From a virus, in the IMG/VR virus record IMGVR_UViG_3300048032_000927, positions 51,246 to 115,245 of that record: a stretch of DNA of 64,000 nt; one strand, written 5' to 3'. Shown in pieces: positions 58,005-64,000 of this stretch. A model generated the notes under the pieces. That model was not told where the DNA came from. It did no database searches and was given only the letters and a program-made list of their open reading frames with translations. The position numbers and the translations under genes are program-made. Positions within the stretch are counted from its first letter, which is position 1, and each line of letters opens with the position of its first letter.

Positions 58005-60614
58005 ATGGCTCAAAGTCGAAAGATTACTGACCTTAATCGTGCAGAACCGCGCGATGAATTCGCTTTTATTGTAGCTACAGGTATTTCTAATTTTCAAATT
58101 TCCCTGAAAGATATTGCTGACTATAGTTCCACTAACAGGCCAACGGGGGATTTTACAGAAAGTTTAACGATTAGTGGAGTTCCAGTTCTAACTGGTGTAG
58201 AATATATTGATTCTGATATAGATAACATCAACAATGAGATCACAGAGATCAATAATCAGATCAACCAAATAACAAGTGGAACAACGGTAGTTTCTGGAGT
58301 GTCAGCCTCTTCGTTTGCCTTTTTCTCTGACATCGAAAATAATTTAGGTCCAGCTACTAAAACTTATTATGATACTCCAAGTGCCGATACTTTTCTTTCT
58401 GGGGTTACTGTTGATACAGCATCTAATCTTAAGGTTTATTTAAGATGGGATGGGCCCGGTAATGATTATATGGGTACCGGGTTTATTGATGGCATTCAAA
58501 TACCAACCAATCAAGTTATCGAGTTAGGCTCATATACCCGAAGATTTGAGGGTTATCTAGATAATTTATCGTTTACTGGTCAACAATTTATTAGTGGAGA
58601 AGCAAATGGATCGTCTACCTTAATTACTTTAAATGAATTGGGCGCCGGACCAACACCTCTTTCTCTGTCTATTGATAGTATCAGTAACGCTACTCCAAAA
58701 GCTGGGCATAATTTAGGAGCAACTCATTTAAAGGGCGGCGATCAAATCGACGTTTATGCAGTTTTTGACAATAACGATATCGATACTATTGAGGTTTATG
58801 ATTCTGGAATTTCTGATGGAATTTCCGCGCAATCTTATTCTTTAACAAACACTGGGGATGGAAATTATACCGCGACAATACCCATAACTGTAACTAACGG
58901 CAGAAGTAACTCTCAATCAATTGCCATCATTGCAAAAAATAGCTTTGGTACATTTGGAGATCAAACAATATCTTCTAATTCTGTTGATTTAGATCAGGTT
59001 TATCCTGTCATTTCTGCAAGTGATCCAGCTTCATACAACGGAAGAACTGATGGATTAAGAGAAGGAGAGACAACGAGTTTTGCAAATACCGTTTCTAATT
59101 GGTCAAGCTCAACCGACTTTATTGATTATTCCGCTTTAAGTAATGACATTTCTGTTGATAACGATGCGACTTTTGAAAACCCGAAAACCGTTAATTATGT
59201 CGGCGGCATTTACAATAACTCTGATAATGTAGAAATTACTGCCAGTCGAAACGCTAACGGCGCAGTAGATAGTGATAGCGTTAAAGTAAAAATTGCAAAT
59301 GGGCCAGTTATCACAGGTATCGATTTAGATAATTTAGCGACTTCAGCAACTTCTCCAAATATTGTTGGTACTTCTGAAGTCAAGGGCGGAGACACAGTAA
59401 ATGCTGAAATTTATGTAGTCGGAAAAGGTGTTACTTCTAATAATATCAGCTTGTCTATTGCTAATTCTGGGCTTTCAAATGGGTCACAAACCAATTACTC
59501 TAGTTATTCAGTCGTTACATTATCGGACGGCAGTTTTAAATATACCGTTCCAGTCAATGTTACTAGCTCAACTTCAAGAGATGGAGTACAAGCAATCACA
59601 GCTACGGCGCGAAACAATTTCGGCACATTAAGTGATTCCTTCACATCTTCAGCTTCAGCAACAGTCAATAATTCTGTTTATCCTGCGGTTTCTATTGGTT
59701 CCATTTCGTATCCTGGATCGCAACAAGCTTTAAAGAATACTGAGCCTGCTACGGTTTCTAATAGTGCGTCTAATTACGATTCGATATCTTATTCTAGCGA
59801 CAATGGTCAGCTTTCTATAGCTAATGCAACTACATTTGAGGCTTCTAAAACAGCAACAAGAGCTGGAGGTTCTTACAATATATCGAGCAATAACTTTACA
59901 ATTACCGCTACAAAAAATAGCAATGGCAGGGTTGTTTCAACTTCCGCAGTTGTTTACATAGCAAATACCGCAATGTCATTAAGCGTAACCAATCTAGCGT
60001 CTGTACTATCAAGTTCGCCAACTGGATTAAGCGACAACTTTAATTTGGTTTCAAATCAAAGATATTTATCGGCGCCAACATTATCCACAGATGGTGCGCA
60101 AACTTCACCTTCTTCTCTTGCGGTGACTGGATCTGGTACAAACACAAACTCTAATTCTTTTCGCATTACTGTTAGTGATTCAGATACAAAAGGAACTTTC
60201 TCATGGGATGTGAGCGCAACCAATTTAGCTGGGATTGTGACCACAACAATTGCGACAAATCCAAATTATGTACTTGCAGGATTCTCGAGCCGTACAATCA
60301 CTGCATCTCCAACAAGTTTGGGCGCAGGACTAGCTTCTATCGGCACAACCGTCTCGAATACCTCAGATCTTTCTTTCGAAAATGTTAGTGAAGGAGGAAC
60401 TGCACCGAATGGCGGCACAACATACACATATCAATCGTATCCAAACGGTACTCAACTAGATAACAGCTACGATGTAGATAACAAATTTACTATTTGCGAC
60501 TCTAGCGGAGTAACAAGTTCAACAGGAGATCATGTATTCAATTTAGATAAACTAAATCGGGCAGCTAATACATCAACAGCAAATCCCGCTCAATTCGTAA
60601 TCAAGGAAGATTAA
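58005..60614 (+). CDS. Large S/T/N-rich virion protein with Ig-like modules
   Basis: MAQSRKITDL start, short coiled coil, duplicated module (GP...KGGD...NxFGT). Confidence 0.65.
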   Translation: MAQSRKITDLNRAEPRDEFAFIVATGISNFQISLKDIADYSSTNRPTGDFTESLTISGVPVLTGVEYIDSDIDNINNEITEINNQINQITSGTTVVSGVSASSFAFFSDIENNLGPATKTYYDTPSADTFLSGVTVDTASNLKVYLRWDGPGNDYMGTGFIDGIQIPTNQVIELGSYTRRFEGYLDNLSFTGQQFISGEANGSSTLITLNELGAGPTPLSLSIDSISNATPKAGHNLGATHLKGGDQIDVYAVFDNNDIDTIEVYDSGISDGISAQSYSLTNTGDGNYTATIPITVTNGRSNSQSIAIIAKNSFGTFGDQTISSNSVDLDQVYPVISASDPASYNGRTDGLREGETTSFANTVSNWSSSTDFIDYSALSNDISVDNDATFENPKTVNYVGGIYNNSDNVEITASRNANGAVDSDSVKVKIANGPVITGIDLDNLATSATSPNIVGTSEVKGGDTVNAEIYVVGKGVTSNNISLSIANSGLSNGSQTNYSSYSVVTLSDGSFKYTVPVNVTSSTSRDGVQAITATARNNFGTLSDSFTSSASATVNNSVYPAVSIGSISYPGSQQALKNTEPATVSNSASNYDSISYSSDNGQLSIANATTFEASKTATRAGGSYNISSNNFTITATKNSNGRVVSTSAVVYIANTAMSLSVTNLASVLSSSPTGLSDNFNLVSNQRYLSAPTLSTDGAQTSPSSLAVTGSGTNTNSNSFRITVSDSDTKGTFSWDVSATNLAGIVTTTIATNPNYVLAGFSSRTITASPTSLGAGLASIGTTVSNTSDLSFENVSEGGTAPNGGTTYTYQSYPNGTQLDNSYDVDNKFTICDSSGVTSSTGDHVFNLDKLNRAANTSTANPAQFVIKED

Positions 60615-60615
60615 T

Positions 60616-61281
60616 ATGGGAGCTTTCGAAGATTTTGTAAATGCAAACTTAGGTATTCGTAAACCTTTGATTACAGATACCACTACGCCAACATCTAGTT
60701 CAAAAGCTGCCGGCATTGTAGGTACTCATTTTTTAGACTCATCAACCAATTTTCTTTACGAAAAAACTGGCGAAAATAATTCTACTGACTGGGTCAAAAT
60801 AGCATATCTCGGTCAGCCTCGTGGCGGAGCAGGTGGATCGGCTGGCGGCATAGAATCTTCTGTTCAATTTAATAGTGGCGGATTTTTTGGGGGTGATCAA
60901 TACTTACTTTACGATTCTTCTGCCGGCAATTTGAGCGGTATAAGCGGTGATTTTGATTATTATAGCATTGATTTTCTGACTGGATTGAGTGGATATTTTA
61001 ATGATGAAGTATTTGTCGGAGGAGTTGATGATGATGATGTTTTGGTTGTCGAGAGTGGAAACGTTAACATTTATGGTAGCGGATTTTTTCATAATCCAAT
61101 TTCTGGGGGCGCAGCCCAGTTTTCTTCGATCAATTTAAATGGTGGCGATGTTGAATCCCAGCTTAAAGATTATGCGGTAGTTACGGGTGCGTCTATTGAT
61201 TATAACACTCAGACTTTATCACTCTTAAGAGATCTAGGTTCTGGTTCAATAGATATTGATCTTGGGCCGCTTTTTTCATAA
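60616..61281 (+). CDS. Putative virion protein, SG/TG-rich
   Basis: SVQFNSGGFFGG fibre-type motif; LSGISG, LTGLSG. Confidence 0.6.
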   Translation: MGAFEDFVNANLGIRKPLITDTTTPTSSSKAAGIVGTHFLDSSTNFLYEKTGENNSTDWVKIAYLGQPRGGAGGSAGGIESSVQFNSGGFFGGDQYLLYDSSAGNLSGISGDFDYYSIDFLTGLSGYFNDEVFVGGVDDDDVLVVESGNVNIYGSGFFHNPISGGAAQFSSINLNGGDVESQLKDYAVVTGASIDYNTQTLSLLRDLGSGSIDIDLGPLFS

Positions 61282-61315
61282 AGTTTAAAATTAGAAATCC
61301 CTGCGGTTAATTTGA

Positions 61316-61324
61316 GTGTATATT
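61316..61324 (+). promoter_or_regulatory. Class II motif (leadered)
   Basis: GTGTATATT, 36 nt before ATG 61352. Confidence 0.5.
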
Positions 61325-61351
61325 CATTTGAAACCTTAAATTATTTTTATT

Positions 61352-64000
61352 ATGGCTACTAGAAACTTAATACCAAGAGGAAGCGGCGAAGGCGGGCTCG
61401 GAATTGAAACACGACCTTGGGGAACTGCGTTTTTTGACAGCGGAAATTTTACAAGTGGAATCACTGTTGGTGGAAATCCAGTGCCTACTGGTTTTGATAT
61501 TGGTGGAGACGGAGGAGCCGTAATAGAAGGAGACGACGATAATATTAATTTTGGCGGCACAGATCCTGCTGATGCTCGTGATATTAATTTTATGCAGGGC
61601 GGCGAGAATGTTATGATAATTAACGAGCAAGGAAACGTTAATATCGAGAATAACATGAGTGTCAGCGGTACAATAAGTGGTGTTAGTGGTATTTTTGATG
61701 ATAGAGTAGGTATTGGTACTACGAATCCTTCAGATAAGCTTTACATTAAAGGAGACTTTGAACGCTTTGGTGCTACTATTGAAAATCCAACTGCTAACCC
61801 AGCAAGATTAACTTTAACAAATTCAGAAGGTTCAGGTACTGTAGATTGTAATAACAACTTATTGAGATTAGGTAATAATACTAGTGAGGACTTAGTAATC
61901 GACTCCGACGGCAACGTAGGTATTGGTACTACGAATCCTCTTGCTAAATTCGATATTAGAACTAAAGGGGATACTTTTAATGATGGACTAATAGTTAAAA
62001 GTAACACTGGCGGGCAGAGAAGTGTAAGAATTTGGGTTGATGGATCGACTCAAAAGGCTCACATTGGAGCAGGACAAGGAACACAAGATTTAATCTTAAA
62101 TCATGCAGGCGGCAACGTAGGTATTGGTACTACGATTCCTAGCGCGAAGTTGCATATAGAAAATACCACAGGCTCTTCTTTAATTTTGCAAAGTTTAGGT
62201 AGTTACGCAGACGGGCATCAACCTGTTATTATCTTGGCAGGAAAAAATCCAAGTGAAGTTAATAAAAATCTTGCTAGAATTAGGGCTGCTAGTGAAGGCA
62301 CTGAGTTAGGTGCACTTGCATTTGATGTTAGGATGGGTGCAGGTACTCCACATGAAGAAGCGATGCGCATCGACTCCGACGGCAACGTAGGTATTGGTAC
62401 TGCGAGTCCTAGTGCTTTACTTGACATAGTTAAAAGCAACGATAGCTCTGTTGGTATTAATATAGATAACGGCAATGCTGGTACAAATGCTCACGCAAGA
62501 CTTGGTTTAAAAAACAATTCTGATGATACATTTTATCTATTAAACAACGGTTCAGGTAGAACTTTAACAAGATATGGTATCACTATAGCTGATTATTCTG
62601 AAATTTTAGCTCAAGAGAGTATCAATGGTTTGCTTATCGGAACAGGTCTAACAAATACCCCGATTATTTTTGGCAATAATGACTCTGAAAGAATGCGTAT
62701 CAACTCCAACGGCCGAGTAGGTATTGGTACTACGAGTCCTAATGCTCGGCTCGAAGTTAAGACGAGAAACTCGGATGAATTGGCAATTCGAGTAATGTCT
62801 GCTAATGATAATTCATTATTCGATATACGAAAGTCAGATAATGGAGATACTGAGTTTTTAAATACTTACTACAGTGCACCAGAAGGTGGATTATCAGGTG
62901 GTTTTGCATTTAAAACTACTGATAATGCATCGGGCGCAGCAAAACACACTCGTATGAGTATTCTACAAAACGGCAACGTAGGTATTGGTACTACGAATCC
63001 TAGTGCGAAGTTGGAAGTCTCGACGGCATCTGAAAATACTGGAGTGGCATACGGAAACCTAGCTGATTCTTTATTACTAACAAACAAATCTGACGCAGCA
63101 GGGGCTGGGCCTAAGTTAATATTTTACAATACCTCAGATACAGGTAGCGGCACACCTAGTGCATTAATAGGTTTACAGCGTAAAACTGACGCAATAACAG
63201 CAGGGAGCAACGAAGGGAATTTGGTTTTCTGGACAAGAGGCACTGTAAACCCAGAAGAACGTATGCGCATCGACTCCAACGGCAACGTAGGTATTGGTAC
63301 TACGAATCCTAGTGCTCCACTCACTATAACTGAAGTTGCTAATGTAGGATTTAGAATGCTTAAGTCAGACGGGTCAGATTTACTAAGTATCGGCGAAGAT
63401 GGAGCAAGTTCAGTAATATTCAGTGGTGAAAGATTGGGAGGAAAATTGATTTTTAAAACAACCGATGGCACAGGAACCAATGAAGCAATGCGCATCGACT
63501 CCAACGGCAACGTAGGTATCGGTACTACGGATCCTGCAGGCCCCTTACACATTAAGAATACAACTGCTAATCAGATAAACTTAACAAGAGCTTCAGACAT
63601 ACGAGGAAGTTCTAACGGTGCATCTGCAGAGATACATGGAGGCGCATTAGTAAACACTACTCCATCCATGGGCGGTGCGATTGGTTTCACTCTAAAAGAT
63701 TCGGATGGTGCAGGAACTGATACTGACACAGAAGGAGTAATATATTTTAAAGTTAAAGAATCAGGAGCTGGTTTAGTTGAAAAAATGCGCATCGACGCTA
63801 ACGGCAACGTAGGTATTGGTACTACGAATCCAATATTCAAACTAGATGTAACTGACGAAGCTACTTTATCTTTAGGTGCTGACACTTCTGGAACAAGAGC
63901 AGCTGATACACAAAAAACATCAAGGGTAGGAGGTGTCAGATATAATAACGCTTCCCCTGTAAACATGATGATGCATGTCTCTGATTCAACACAGAACAAG
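61352..64000 (+). CDS. Long tail-fibre-like protein with GNVGIGTTNP repeats (runs off window end)
   Basis: Manual translation MATRNLIPRGSGEGG...; nine in-frame (G/D)(N/R)VGIGT..P repeats; no stop seen, so absent from the ORF track. Confidence 0.85.
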   Translation, partial: MATRNLIPRGSGEGGLGIETRPWGTAFFDSGNFTSGITVGGNPVPTGFDIGGDGGAVIEGDDDNINFGGTDPADARDINFMQGGENVMIINEQGNVNIENNMSVSGTISGVSGIFDDRVGIGTTNPSDKLYIKGDFERFGATIENPTANPARLTLTNSEGSGTVDCNNNLLRLGNNTSEDLVIDSDGNVGIGTTNPLAKFDIRTKGDTFNDGLIVKSNTGGQRSVRIWVDGSTQKAHIGAGQGTQDLILNHAGGNVGIGTTIPSAKLHIENTTGSSLILQSLGSYADGHQPVIILAGKNPSEVNKNLARIRAASEGTELGALAFDVRMGAGTPHEEAMRIDSDGNVGIGTASPSALLDIVKSNDSSVGINIDNGNAGTNAHARLGLKNNSDDTFYLLNNGSGRTLTRYGITIADYSEILAQESINGLLIGTGLTNTPIIFGNNDSERMRINSNGRVGIGTTSPNARLEVKTRNSDELAIRVMSANDNSLFDIRKSDNGDTEFLNTYYSAPEGGLSGGFAFKTTDNASGAAKHTRMSILQNGNVGIGTTNPSAKLEVSTASENTGVAYGNLADSLLLTNKSDAAGAGPKLIFYNTSDTGSGTPSALIGLQRKTDAITAGSNEGNLVFWTRGTVNPEERMRIDSNGNVGIGTTNPSAPLTITEVANVGFRMLKSDGSDLLSIGEDGASSVIFSGERLGGKLIFKTTDGTGTNEAMRIDSNGNVGIGTTDPAGPLHIKNTTANQINLTRASDIRGSSNGASAEIHGGALVNTTPSMGGAIGFTLKDSDGAGTDTDTEGVIYFKVKESGAGLVEKMRIDANGNVGIGTTNPIFKLDVTDEATLSLGADTSGTRAADTQKTSRVGGVRYNNASPVNMMMHVSDSTQNK
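61706..63832 (+). repeat. Nine interspersed direct repeats, core GTAGGTATTGGTACT
   Basis: Core starts at 61706, 61916, 62117, 62387, 62717, 62978, 63287, 63512, 63809. Confidence 0.93.

Noticed and set aside
1594-61092. Short ORFs nested in or antisense to long genes (e.g. 10906-11397, 31589-31777, 41375-41695, 52387-52731)
   Set aside because: Fully overlap well-supported genes and lack recognisable motifs
61706-63832. Repeat-spacer pattern as a CRISPR array
   Set aside because: Periods of 201-330 nt are all multiples of three inside an open frame; no cas1/cas2 or leader
61336-63999. Series of minus-strand ORFs containing VVPIPTLP
   Set aside because: Antisense shadows of the GNVGIGTT repeats in the plus-strand fibre gene
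1-64000. tRNA/rRNA genes, integrase/transposase, alternative genetic code, clear intrinsic terminators
   Set aside because: Intergenic gaps are short with no cloverleaf or GC-hairpin plus U-tract seen; genes are intact under the standard bacterial code

Overview
A gene-dense, AT-rich 64-kb segment, almost all on the + strand, that reads as part of a large tailed dsDNA bacteriophage genome. A marine phage with a PVC-superphylum host is plausible but inferred only. Contents in order: (1) a sigma-70-family gene on the - strand, truncated at the left edge and missed by the ORF track; (2) a glycan-synthesis arsenal in two blocks (666-11608 and ~19834-40435) with about 23 soluble glycosyltransferase-like genes, 5 sulfotransferases, 3-4 methyltransferases, an O-acetyltransferase and 6 nucleotide-sugar enzymes (Gmd, Fcl, GDP-mannose 3,5-epimerase, a UDP-sugar dehydrogenase, two epimerases), with no recognisable flippase, polymerase or initiating transferase; (3) nrdA plus an nrdB lacking the radical tyrosine (class Ic-like); (4) chaperone-type genes (J-domain, GHKL ATPase with poly-Glu tract, ClpC-like ATPase); (5) a replication module (RecA, DnaB, DnaG, Cas4-like nuclease, and a DnaE split into PHP, DEDDh exonuclease and core genes); (6) virion/tail-fibre-like genes, the last truncated at the right edge and built from nine DNA-conserved GNVGIGTTNP repeats. 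Two promoter classes are visible, TTGACT-N17-TAnnnT before replication genes and GTGTAnnnT before structural and glyco genes, and both mostly sit at a leaderless distance from the start codon. Leading hypothesis: a phage-encoded, late-expressed pathway that builds sulfated, fucosylated, proteoglycan-like glycans on Ser/Thr-Gly-rich virion proteins. Family assignments come from motif recognition by eye, not database searches.
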